Shown: positions 36,499 through 44,533 of the stretch, piece by piece
Numbering within the stretch: the first letter of the stretch is position 1
Layout: the number at the start of each line of letters is the position of its first letter
Source: a virus
Taxonomy: Duplodnaviria; Caudoviricetes
Direction: 5' to 3' (one strand)
Virus record (IMG/VR): IMGVR_UViG_3300044858_000223
Coordinates: 1-53,355 of that record
Length of the DNA stretch: 53,355 nucleotides
Notes under the pieces: generated by a model
The model's database searches: none
The model's input: only the letters and a program-made list of their open reading frames with translations
What the model was told of the DNA's origin: nothing
Program-made: the position numbers and the translations under genes

Positions 36499-36785
36499 CA
36501 GTCTTCTCCAATAAGTTTCGCTAAATCGTGATGCCCGTTTTGCGAGAGCTTTGCACGAATAGTCTTACGTTCAGACTCTTGCGCCTCTCGTAGGTATTTG
36601 ACCAGAGTTAATCTGATCTGCTCTTTGTACTCCCGAGCCTGCTGAGCAATCTCAGGAGCCGCCGAATCGCTAATATAAACGAACTTGTCTACCGCACGGT
36701 CGGCAATTTCTTCTGCCGTATACCCACGGTTATCGGTCGTGAAAATTTTCACAACACCCAAATCAACAACAGACATATTACTCAT
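36498..36785 (-). CDS. hypothetical protein
   Basis: TTDNRGYTAEEIA motif; operon packing. Confidence 0.75.
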   Translation of the reverse strand: MSNMSVVDLGVVKIFTTDNRGYTAEEIADRAVDKFVYISDSAAPEIAQQAREYKEQIRLTLVKYLREAQESERKTIRAKLSQNGHHDLAKLIGED

Positions 36786-37420
36786 GTCACTGCAATCCTA
36801 GCTTGGCCTGAACGATATGCGTCCTGACGATCCAAGCCATCGCCAAGGCGTTTGAGAAGCGCCAATGCTTCCTGATACTTCTGCTCGTAGTACTGCATCA
36901 TGTCCTGCTCACCCTTCAGGTACGTATAGGCTTCGCGCAGCGAGCCATACAACAGGACAGTTTCAAAGTTATCCCCAAGCCATGATGTACCGTAGTTCAC
37001 GATAGACACGGGATAGTAGTAATAATGCAGTTCCGCCGTATACGCGACATCCGGGGTAGGCCCAAGCAACATAGTCGCATCGTCAAAGATGGCGTAATAC
37101 TGGGGCTTGCCCGTGCTGTTCGGAGGCGGATACGCCGCACGGATAAAGTTCACATCTTTATTAATTAAGTACTCGTACTCGCCAGTCACCGGGTCAATCA
37201 CGGCCAACGAGAACGTCGATAGCCAATCATCTGGCAACTGAAAGTACGGGAACGTGTTGGTCATCGTCCCGGTCACATTCTTACGAATGGCCGGGATCTG
37301 AACGGAGTTATAAATCCGCTCTTCAGCTAACTGCACAAAAGTCGGGATATTAGCCACAAAGCTCTGCTCCGTGGACTCACAGTAATCCTGAATCAGTGTA
37401 GAAAGCTGACTGTAATTCAC
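36782..37420 (-). CDS. head-tail adaptor protein
   Basis: MNYSQL...IPTFVQLAEERI...GKPQYYA...LGPTPD...LLYGSL.EAY. Confidence 0.8.
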   Translation of the reverse strand: MNYSQLSTLIQDYCESTEQSFVANIPTFVQLAEERIYNSVQIPAIRKNVTGTMTNTFPYFQLPDDWLSTFSLAVIDPVTGEYEYLINKDVNFIRAAYPPPNSTGKPQYYAIFDDATMLLGPTPDVAYTAELHYYYYPVSIVNYGTSWLGDNFETVLLYGSLREAYTYLKGEQDMMQYYEQKYQEALALLKRLGDGLDRQDAYRSGQARIAVT

Positions 37421-37614
37421 GGAGACCAGCCCGACCGATACTTCATGTTGGTGTCAAGGTTGATCTGCGACACGAACTTCTTACCCTTGGTCGCAGCACC
37501 AGCACCCTTCATATCCATGTGGGTGACGCCCTTGTTCACATCCTTCTCTGGGTAGCCATTACGCCCCGTGGAGTCGGTGTTCGGCCTGATTTTGCCGGGA
37601 TTCAGTTCTTTCAT
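37417..37614 (-). CDS. small basic protein
   Basis: 65 aa; MKGAGAATKG motif. Confidence 0.7.
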   Translation of the reverse strand: MKELNPGKIRPNTDSTGRNGYPEKDVNKGVTHMDMKGAGAATKGKKFVSQINLDTNMKYRSGWSP

Positions 37615-37619
37615 AGCAA

Positions 37620-37802
37620 TTACCTCGGGCCCGAAGAGCCACGCATCGGCTTGCGCTGGTTCATCACCTTCGCCATGCCACGACCGTACTTCTTCATGTC
37701 GCTGTTGGTCTTACCACCAGCACGCATACCCTTGACGCGATTCGGGCCGTGAGCCTTGCTCGCCGGGAGTTCAGCGTGTTTTTCCAAATCTGACTTAGCC
37801 AT
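37620..37802 (-). CDS. small basic protein
   Basis: 60 aa; MRAGGKTN..MKKYGRGMAK. Confidence 0.7.
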   Translation of the reverse strand: MAKSDLEKHAELPASKAHGPNRVKGMRAGGKTNSDMKKYGRGMAKVMNQRKPMRGSSGPR

Positions 37803-37811
37803 CTCAATCTC

Positions 37812-38189
37812 CTAGGTCGTTACGACCGTTACAGTTCCAACCAAACCTGCCGGAGCAAGGTCGTTTGGAGTCAATCCTGCATCGTCGGCTCTAGCTCCAC
37901 CTACCGGAGCCCAGCCCCATTGTATCTGACGACTGCCATTTGCACCGTCATTACCCACCGCAAAGTAGCTTGTATCCGGTCTTGGGTTCCGCAGTGCCTG
38001 CGGGTCGTCCACGGGATATAAACCAAGTGATAACTGCGGCTGATCCGGCTCCCAGCACTCCGGACATACCAAGATGTTTACGTTCTTGGTTTTGATCACT
38101 ATAGACTTCAACTGGCGCAGCTTGTACTGAAAGCCACACCGGTCGCACATAGCGATAGAGTGCTTGCCACTTGCAAACCTGTTCGGCAT
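37812..38189 (-). CDS. zinc-ribbon virion-module protein
   Basis: FASGK...CDRCGF...VCPECWEPDQPQL...DPQALRNPRPD. Confidence 0.8.
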   Translation of the reverse strand: MPNRFASGKHSIAMCDRCGFQYKLRQLKSIVIKTKNVNILVCPECWEPDQPQLSLGLYPVDDPQALRNPRPDTSYFAVGNDGANGSRQIQWGWAPVGGARADDAGLTPNDLAPAGLVGTVTVVTT

Positions 38190-38914
38190 TAGTAACCACC
38201 CAAGAAGCTCTCGCGTGGGACAAACCGAACCGCCGCCTTCTCACGGTCCTCGCCAGCGGCCAAATCCCAAGCCTCGTCATACTGGGCTTTCAGAACTTGC
38301 GTGCGCTCCAGAGCACCCGGAATCTTCATCGACATCAGATACGCCAGACCCGCCACCATACAGGGCAGGAAACGATAGGGAATATCTTGTCCATTCGGTC
38401 CCGTACCGGGGTCGAGCATACGACGCAGGCGGGTATAGACCAGCGTCCAAGTCGTGCTGTTATCCGGCTTCGGCCATACAGTGTATTGAGGATACTGCAC
38501 TACGCCAGCCGCGCTCGTCGCACCCGTACGGCGATTAATCCAAATCTGAATCGGGCGACCCGTCGCGTTCTTATTGGGAATCGACAGGTAGGTACTGGAC
38601 GAAATACGCGAGATGTTGATGTCCTGCTGGTTCGTGCCAGAACCCGTGCGGATTACGTGGTCAAGCAGGTCCACCGTATCTACTGGTAGATCGTATGTAC
38701 CTTGATTATAGGTCAGTACCTGCTGACCCTCCTCAAGCGTCCAGAGGTTAATACCTCGGTTCGCCCAGTCCATCAGGAGTAGAGCAAGACTGCGCTTAGC
38801 CGTACGGAAGTCGTAGCCCGTACGCAGTTCAGCACCGCAACGCTCGAAAGCCTCTTCGATAATCGTACTGAGGTCGAGGTTGAAGTCTGTAGTGGCGCTA
38901 GTTCTATCTACCAT
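38189..38914 (-). CDS. head-to-tail connector / tail tubular protein A-like
   Basis: IIEEAFERCG...WANRGINLW...IPNK...GRP...RFLPCMVAGLAY. Confidence 0.8.
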   Translation of the reverse strand: MVDRTSATTDFNLDLSTIIEEAFERCGAELRTGYDFRTAKRSLALLLMDWANRGINLWTLEEGQQVLTYNQGTYDLPVDTVDLLDHVIRTGSGTNQQDINISRISSSTYLSIPNKNATGRPIQIWINRRTGATSAAGVVQYPQYTVWPKPDNSTTWTLVYTRLRRMLDPGTGPNGQDIPYRFLPCMVAGLAYLMSMKIPGALERTQVLKAQYDEAWDLAAGEDREKAAVRFVPRESFLGGY

Positions 38915-39327
38915 TACTTCCTCGCTGTGACGACATCATCACCCTTGGTGACGGTCACGTGATCGCCCTCAACATCGACCCGCATCGGCATCTCTTTACG
39001 ATCCAATCGGTCAAGTTTAGCGATGAGATCCTTTATAACCTCAAACTCAGGCTTTACCTCTACCTTCTCATTTGCCCCGGCGATGTTATTCAGCATCGAA
39101 ATCAAGGCGGTCAGAGAGGCTCCGAGCAAGCCCATCACAGCAGCGATTTTCTCATTATCCAACTGAAGGCTAGAAACAACGCCAATCACCACGATCAACG
39201 TGATGTAGAAAAGGCCGTACTTACCAATAGATTTACCGGCAACTTCTTTAGCGGGCGACGATCCCTCAATACGCTTAGCTTCCGCCATAGCGTCTAATCG
39301 GGCTTTGAGAAAATCTCCTAGCGTCAC
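38914..39327 (-). CDS. two-TM membrane protein
   Basis: two hydrophobic helices (YGLFYITLIVVIGVV; IAAVMGLLGASLTALISML). Confidence 0.7.
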   Translation of the reverse strand: MTLGDFLKARLDAMAEAKRIEGSSPAKEVAGKSIGKYGLFYITLIVVIGVVSSLQLDNEKIAAVMGLLGASLTALISMLNNIAGANEKVEVKPEFEVIKDLIAKLDRLDRKEMPMRVDVEGDHVTVTKGDDVVTARK

Positions 39328-39500
39328 TTCTTCAGACCCTTCAAGGTTTGAGCAAGTCTAGCACGTTGGCCCATCTTACCGGGCTTCTTAGCAGCCGCAG
39401 CAAGTTTCTTGGCCGGGATCTTTTCGCCAGCCTTAACCCCCAAAGACGCACGAAGCGCACCGGGCTTCTTGATCGCTTTTTGAATCCATTTCTCAGACAT
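39324..39500 (-). CDS. 58 aa Lys/Ala-rich basic protein (below the ORF-track cutoff)
   Basis: MSEKWIQKAIKKPGALRASLGVKAGEKIPAKKLAAAAKKPGKMGQRARLAQTLKGLKK; GTGA overlap with the next gene. Confidence 0.85.
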   Translation of the reverse strand: MSEKWIQKAIKKPGALRASLGVKAGEKIPAKKLAAAAKKPGKMGQRARLAQTLKGLKK

Positions 39501-39509
39501 CTAATTCCC

Positions 39510-39989
39510 CTAAAAATAATTTACGTTTATTGTAAATCTGTACTTTTTATCAGTGCATTGAACACTACGGTGTTTTACTAATGGAGCAAACAACAAAATA
39601 CGATTCTCTACTGACTCGATTTTTGTCCCATCCTCCATTTCAGTATAACCATTATTAGTGTTTACATAATAAACCGCGCCTTTATGTGGGTAATCGTTAT
39701 CAACGTGCCAGCCATTTTCTACTTGTCTACCAACATTTAAATATAAATTCCCTTTAACTCTGATACAGGCTTTAACAGAAATTTTATTGAGTATAGGTAC
39801 TATGCTTGTATAGAGCCCACTCATTGGTTGGTGGTCATTGTAAAAAATATGCGTAAAGTAAAACCCATCATCTACGTCTTTTTGTGAAACAGAATCGTTG
39901 TAATACCAAGGAATACCTCTCACCATTAAAGATTTAATCTGCTCAAATTCATTTTCTGGCAAAAAATTATCTATAACTTCAAGATCCAT
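39510..39989 (-). CDS. 2OG-Fe(II) oxygenase
   Basis: VIDNFL, WHVD, YYVNTNNGYT, ENRILLF...KHRS, RFTINVNY; visibly AT-rich. Confidence 0.85.
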   Translation of the reverse strand: MDLEVIDNFLPENEFEQIKSLMVRGIPWYYNDSVSQKDVDDGFYFTHIFYNDHQPMSGLYTSIVPILNKISVKACIRVKGNLYLNVGRQVENGWHVDNDYPHKGAVYYVNTNNGYTEMEDGTKIESVENRILLFAPLVKHRSVQCTDKKYRFTINVNYF

Positions 39990-39994
39990 AGAAA

Positions 39995-40240
39995 TTACAT
40001 ACCACGTTTTCTGTACGGTTTTACTTTTTCTTTAACGGCTTTCGGCTGCGGGACGAACTGCTTGCCTTGGGACTTACCTTTTCGTTTGGCGGCAGTGGTT
40101 CGGGCGTACTCAGCAGGGCTGAGAGCCTTGATCGCAGCCTCTGGAAGATACCTTTCGCCCGTGTCAGAAGATCGTTTACCACTCTTCGTTCTCCATTTCT
40201 GGTCGCCCCAAGCCTTTAAGGACTGCTGCGGGGACTTCAT
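39995..40240 (-). CDS. small basic protein (DUF5872-like)
   Basis: QQSLKAW..QKWRTKSGK.S..TGERYLPE.AIK.LS..EYA.TT.AKR. Confidence 0.8.
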   Translation of the reverse strand: MKSPQQSLKAWGDQKWRTKSGKRSSDTGERYLPEAAIKALSPAEYARTTAAKRKGKSQGKQFVPQPKAVKEKVKPYRKRGM

Positions 40241-40518
40241 TTGTTGCGCTCTTCCATCAACTTGACCCGCACCTGCAAGTCATGGATGTCTTCCATCAGA
40301 TCGTCCTTGAGTTCCTGTCGCTTGGCCGCGCTCAACGGGCTGTCGGTCGGTACACCGTCTTCGGTAATAAGGATCGGAACCTTCGACTCAATAGCAATCA
40401 AGCGGTTCTGAAACGAGGTAATCTCGCCCAGCAGCCAAGCCACAGCAGCAAGCAAGACCGGGAACAACATGTCCACGACCTTCTCCATGCTAAAGCTAGA
40501 CTTACCCTCGGTATCCAC
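40237..40518 (-). CDS. single-TM protein
   Basis: LFPVLLAAVAWLL followed by a coiled coil. Confidence 0.65.
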   Translation of the reverse strand: MDTEGKSSFSMEKVVDMLFPVLLAAVAWLLGEITSFQNRLIAIESKVPILITEDGVPTDSPLSAAKRQELKDDLMEDIHDLQVRVKLMEERNK

Positions 40519-40801
40519 CGCCCTTCTCCTTGTACCGCTTGGCTAACAACTGCGCCTTACGCGCTGACCACTGCCCTGCACCGGTGCCCTGCGTTGCCGA
40601 AGCCTTGATCGACTCAAACAACTTCTTACGCATACTCGGCTTGGTGTAGTTGCCAGCCTGATTGACCTTGCTCTTGGCTTCGCCGCCCTTGGCATGGCGG
40701 ATTGGCTCACCAGTACCCTCAACGGGTTTATTGTCCCCACGGCGCTTTGCACGGGGGACTTTCTTCGGGCTAATAGCACCCATTCCGCGAGAAGCCATCA
40801 T
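40502..40801 (-). CDS. small basic protein
   Basis: MASRGMGAI; HAKGG; NYTKP.MRK.LF..IKA...GQWSARKAQLLA..YK.KGGGY. Confidence 0.8.
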   Translation of the reverse strand: MMASRGMGAISPKKVPRAKRRGDNKPVEGTGEPIRHAKGGEAKSKVNQAGNYTKPSMRKKLFESIKASATQGTGAGQWSARKAQLLAKRYKEKGGGYRG

Positions 40802-41799
40802 CGTACGAACCTCCCACGGCCACGGCCTTTCTGAGCAATGCCGTAGCCGCGAACACGTTCTTCTTTAACGCGACCACCACGGCGCATGGCAATCTCTACT
40901 GGACGGCCATCTTCGCCAATAAAAGCATTACCGATTCGGCTAGGAAGTTTGTTCAAAGCGGCTTTCAAGCCTTCTTTGATACCTTCTTTCTCACGAACCT
41001 TTTTGTAATCTTCTATGGCTTCTTTGGCTACAGCCTTGGCTACACCAGACTTGCCTTCTTTCTTTTCTATGTCTTTGTATCGCTTAATTTCAGGCGCACG
41101 CACTGAGTTATAAAAGTCATAAATGTCGCTGACTTTTGTTCTACCCTTGTCTTCTCGAAGATTGGCTCTGCCTACAGTCTGTGGCATGGCTTGTTCTTTC
41201 GAGAATTGCTCTACTTTATTGATAAGCAATTCGTTGGGGTAATCGTCGTAAGTGATGTAACTACGACCAGCTTTTTTGGCTTTATCGGCAGCGGACTTCA
41301 ACTGAGCAAGTTCTTCCTCAGTAAAGTTCTTCTCCGTAATTGGACGCTCACTGCCTGCCAACGTCGTTAAGAACGTGCGCTGCTGAGCCGGAACCCCCGC
41401 TGCACGCATTCCACGCTCTACAAGGCTCAAAGCTCCTTCACCAAGACGCCGACCAAATGACTCTTCCTGTTTCGGAGTAAGAGGCTTAGTAACGGTTTTA
41501 ACTTCTGCCTTGGGAGCAGGCTTAACGGCGGGTTTAGCGGTAACCGGTTTAGGCTTCGGAAGCTCTGCTTCGGTCTTGGGCTTCTTAGTTGAAGTCGTGT
41601 ACTTCTCACCGCGCCAAGTAAAGGTCTTGCCTTCGCCAAGCTCTTTACGCTTGGCTTTAAACGCTTCGCTGAACGACATATCGTCAATCGTGCGATTCTG
41701 CGGCGCACGACGGGCATAACTGGCCGAGTCAGGGCTAAATACGCCTAGCCCCTCTTCCTCGACCAAGTCCCCTTCAGCGAAACGTCTACGGCGCTTCAT
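40798..41799 (-). CDS. basic virion-module protein
   Basis: SFSEAFKAKRKELGEGKTFTWRGEKYTT module; C-terminal MRRGG...RGYGIAQKGRGRG. Confidence 0.75.
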   Translation of the reverse strand: MKRRRRFAEGDLVEEEGLGVFSPDSASYARRAPQNRTIDDMSFSEAFKAKRKELGEGKTFTWRGEKYTTSTKKPKTEAELPKPKPVTAKPAVKPAPKAEVKTVTKPLTPKQEESFGRRLGEGALSLVERGMRAAGVPAQQRTFLTTLAGSERPITEKNFTEEELAQLKSAADKAKKAGRSYITYDDYPNELLINKVEQFSKEQAMPQTVGRANLREDKGRTKVSDIYDFYNSVRAPEIKRYKDIEKKEGKSGVAKAVAKEAIEDYKKVREKEGIKEGLKAALNKLPSRIGNAFIGEDGRPVEIAMRRGGRVKEERVRGYGIAQKGRGRGRFVR

Positions 41800-41801
41800 G
41801 G

Positions 41802-42059
41802 TTACACCATTTTACCGCGAGTCTTACCCTTAATAGCGATGCCATCAGCACGCTTGGAAGCAGAACTACGTGACTTCACTTTGCCGCCTTTCTTTAGGCC
41901 GATAGTGTCGGCCTCGGGGCTCTTCTGGAAGTTCTCGTAAGCATCGCGCATTTTCTTAGCCATGTTCTGATCTTTAACAGCCTGCATAGCAGCAGCCTGC
42001 TTCTGACCACGAGGGCTAGTAGGCCCAAGGGCTACGCGTGTTTTTGGACCGCTGCTCAT
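41802..42059 (-). CDS. small basic protein
   Basis: LKKGGKV..SASKRADGIAIKGKTRGKMV. Confidence 0.75.
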   Translation of the reverse strand: MSSGPKTRVALGPTSPRGQKQAAAMQAVKDQNMAKKMRDAYENFQKSPEADTIGLKKGGKVKSRSSASKRADGIAIKGKTRGKMV

Positions 42060-42394
42060 GAACAGGCTCCTCCCATACGCATCTTGACCATCTTGCCCTT
42101 GGTCTTGCCCTTGCTGGCAATGCCGTCAGCGCGGCTTGAAGCAGAACCACCGTTGGACATCTTTTTGACACCCTTCTTCATGCCCGCTTCTTTCTCTTCG
42201 TGACGGATCATGGACTTCGGAGCGCCTTTCTTTTTCATAAAGGCCACTTCCTTTTTCATCATTTCTTTCGACTCGGCTCTACCGCCCTTCTTCATGCCAG
42301 ATGTAGCCATCATTGCACGACCGGCACGATCAGCCATGTCCCCACGCATAGGCATTGCACGACCCATGCGATCTTTCATATTTCGGTTCATCAT
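42056..42394 (-). CDS. small Met/Lys-rich basic protein
   Basis: MKKGG, MSNGGSASSRADGIASKGKTKGKMV, MRMGG. Confidence 0.75.
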   Translation of the reverse strand: MMNRNMKDRMGRAMPMRGDMADRAGRAMMATSGMKKGGRAESKEMMKKEVAFMKKKGAPKSMIRHEEKEAGMKKGVKKMSNGGSASSRADGIASKGKTKGKMVKMRMGGACS

Positions 42395-42411
42395 TTCAGT
42401 TCGCTCCTAAA

Positions 42412-42648
42412 TTATTTAGCGGACTTAATCAGTTGGTCGATTTTCTGATCCAACTTCTCAAGCCGGTCGATTAGTTGCCGCATATCTTCTCGGACTTCGG
42501 CGCGGGTGATGTGATCACGCGCTACTTCTTCCCGAGTTTTATTTAGCAAAATGCCGAGTCTTTGTAGCTCGGCAAACTTTTCCTTAACCACAAAACCTAA
42601 AACCGCCACGATTCCCGTCAGAACCATGTTCCAAACAAGCATTTCCAT
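42412..42648 (-). CDS. single-TM coiled-coil protein
   Basis: N-terminal hydrophobic helix; ILLNKTREEVARD...LEKLDQKID. Confidence 0.75.
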   Translation of the reverse strand: MEMLVWNMVLTGIVAVLGFVVKEKFAELQRLGILLNKTREEVARDHITRAEVREDMRQLIDRLEKLDQKIDQLIKSAK

Positions 42649-42651
42649 GAC

Positions 42652-42906
42652 TCAGCACTTCCATGCACGTAGAGACTTGTTGATACGGGAATTGGGGTCA
42701 TTCGCAGTCTTGGCGCTCGTCAGTTTCTTCTTCATCCCAGACATCCGGGCACAGAAGGATTTCTTACGAGGACCGCCTTCGGGCTGCGGAGCCTTGAGTC
42801 CCGGCTTGCCGGGGTTTGCCCGGTTGTAGGAAGCCCTGCCTTTAGCATTTAAACCGCCAGCGGGGTTTTTGCCTTCCTTACGTTGCCAAGCCGGTGACTT
42901 AGCCAT
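42652..42906 (-). CDS. small basic protein (DUF6321-like)
   Basis: AWQRKEGKNPAGGLNAKGRASYN...RKKSFCARMSGMK...DPNSRINKSLRAWKC. Confidence 0.85.
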   Translation of the reverse strand: MAKSPAWQRKEGKNPAGGLNAKGRASYNRANPGKPGLKAPQPEGGPRKKSFCARMSGMKKKLTSAKTANDPNSRINKSLRAWKC

Positions 42907-43204
42907 AAATGACCATCGTCGAGATTACGGCTGACGGGACGATGTAGATGCTCGTTTGGAAGAGCAGTCCTTCACCCGGCATCAGGATGTAATCCGGTGC
43001 GGTAGAACTTGCCTTGGTATTGACCGCGATTTTGACCGGGCCGCTTACGCCACCGTCACGAAAAGTCACTGTACCCGCACCCGAATCGGGAACGATGTAG
43101 ATCGCCTTCACGCGAGAGCGGCCAATAACGAGGCTATTTTGATCCAGCAGGTCGCCAGCATTTGTGGCGACCTTACTAGCTAAGACATCTGTTTGCATAC
43201 CCAT
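42899..43204 (-). CDS. small beta-rich virion protein
   Basis: MQTDV...RVKAIY...FRDGG...MPGEGLLF. Confidence 0.75.
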   Translation of the reverse strand: MGMQTDVLASKVATNAGDLLDQNSLVIGRSRVKAIYIVPDSGAGTVTFRDGGVSGPVKIAVNTKASSTAPDYILMPGEGLLFQTSIYIVPSAVISTMVIYG

Positions 43205-43228
43205 TCTCCGTCTCCTGTAATGGATGAA

Positions 43229-43244
43229 GGGGGCTTACGCCCCC
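43229..43244 (-). promoter_or_regulatory. GC hairpin with GNRA loop and no U-tract (mRNA stabilising or processing element)
   Basis: minus strand GGGGGC-GTAA-GCCCCC between two genes. Confidence 0.5.
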
Positions 43245-43253
43245 CACGAAATC

Positions 43254-43445
43254 TTACGGAGTCAGGCTGCTGTACAGAGCGATGTACTTAGTGGTTCCGC
43301 CGATGCTCACCGGGATGTAACCGGCTTGAGCCGAAACCGAACCCGTGGCAACGCCAGCGGTGATGACGGTCGTACCAATTACGAGCGTGCTGGACTGGAA
43401 GCCGTTTTGCGAAACAACCGGGCCGGAAAAAGTAGTAGTAGCCAT
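43254..43445 (-). CDS. small virion protein
   Basis: MATTTFSGPVVSQNGF N-terminus; GAGGAT SD. Confidence 0.8.
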   Translation of the reverse strand: MATTTFSGPVVSQNGFQSSTLVIGTTVITAGVATGSVSAQAGYIPVSIGGTTKYIALYSSLTP

Positions 43446-43449
43446 TTCA

Positions 43450-43530
43450 AATCCTCACATGCGAGTTGGTTTATCAGTCTGCATGTCGTCAGTCGGGTCT
43501 GTCTGATAAACCTGTTAATCCCGATGAACG
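43450..43530 (-). ncRNA. candidate cis-regulatory double-pseudoknot RNA leader
   Basis: three interleaved complementary pairs: 43520-24/43493-97, 43503-12/43468-77 (10 bp perfect), 43481-86/43457-62; the last abuts the SD at 43451-56. Confidence 0.65.
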
Positions 43531-43543
43531 ACTATATAGCATC

Positions 43544-43583
43544 AAAAAAGAGGGGCTACAAGCATTGCTACTTGTAACCCCCC
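43544..43583 (-). terminator. Rho-independent terminator after the major capsid gene
   Basis: minus strand GGGGGTTACAAG-tagcaatg-CTTGTAGCCCC-TCTTTTTT. Confidence 0.85.
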
Positions 43584-43608
43584 AATCTCTCTCAGGTCGC
43601 CATCAAAC

Positions 43609-44517
43609 TTAGGACGCGCCCGGCGAACCGAACATGCCCAGCGGGTCCGACCAACCGAACGAGTAACGCTCGCGGCTCTTATACCGCACGTTGCCGGTGT
43701 CGAAATCGCCGTCCATGCTGTTTTGCAGCGGGGTGCGAACGAAGTGCTTCATGCCGTTCGGAACGTCGGTCGTCAAGAACCAAGCGTTCGTGTCGGTCAA
43801 GAAGTGGTTCACGGTGTAGCCACCGGGGATCGAACCCATCGCCTTGAGAGCGTTGATGTCGTTGTCAGCGGTCGCAACACGGAGTTCCGTGTCGAGGAGG
43901 CGCTTGGCAGTGAACATCAAAGCCGGGGGAACGATGAGCTTACCGGGCTTCGCCGCGATCAAGAGACCACGTTCGTCGGTCCAACCAGCGATCTGAATGA
44001 CAGCAGCTTCCAACGAGGTTTCGTTGAGATCCGATGCCGTCAGACGGTTGCTGTTGGTGCCACCCGAAACAAGCGGATGCGAGGCCGAGAACAACGGCTG
44101 ACCGTCACCGCCCGTGTAGGACGAGGAGAAGCCATTGTTAAGGACCGAGGCCGCCTTGACCTGCTTCGTGTACGCCATAGCGCGAGCGAGCGCCTTGGTA
44201 TATCGCTTGGAGAGCGAGTCGTACAGGTTGTCTTCAACCGCTTCTTCCGTGATGGAGAAGCCGAGAGCGATGGTCTCGTGGTTGTAACGAGCCGTCCAAG
44301 CTTCCTGCGCGTTGTCGTACGCAATGGCGGCACCCTCGGCCTTGACCGGGGCAGCGGAGAATCCGCTCAGCTTCGTCTCTTCTTCAAAAGAACGCTCGGA
44401 GGTCTCAGTCTCGTAGATCTCCTTGTGCTCTTCACCATAGGTCTTGTACTCAAGGCCGAACAGGGCGTTCAAACCCGGAAGGAGCTCTTTGAGTAATTGT
44501 GCGCGTGAAATAGCCAT
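43609..44517 (-). CDS. major capsid protein (Mu gpT-like family)
   Basis: MAISRAQLLKELLPGLNALFGLEY...TEEAVEDNLY...DERGL...RYKSRERYSFGWSDP; strong codon bias; terminator downstream. Confidence 0.93.
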   Translation of the reverse strand: MAISRAQLLKELLPGLNALFGLEYKTYGEEHKEIYETETSERSFEEETKLSGFSAAPVKAEGAAIAYDNAQEAWTARYNHETIALGFSITEEAVEDNLYDSLSKRYTKALARAMAYTKQVKAASVLNNGFSSSYTGGDGQPLFSASHPLVSGGTNSNRLTASDLNETSLEAAVIQIAGWTDERGLLIAAKPGKLIVPPALMFTAKRLLDTELRVATADNDINALKAMGSIPGGYTVNHFLTDTNAWFLTTDVPNGMKHFVRTPLQNSMDGDFDTGNVRYKSRERYSFGWSDPLGMFGSPGAS

Positions 44518-44533
44518 GTCTTAGAACTCCCTA

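Noticed and set aside
43486-43492. CUGACGA on the minus strand, matching the hammerhead core
   Set aside because: No correctly placed GAAA or three-way junction; the helix topology differs from a hammerhead
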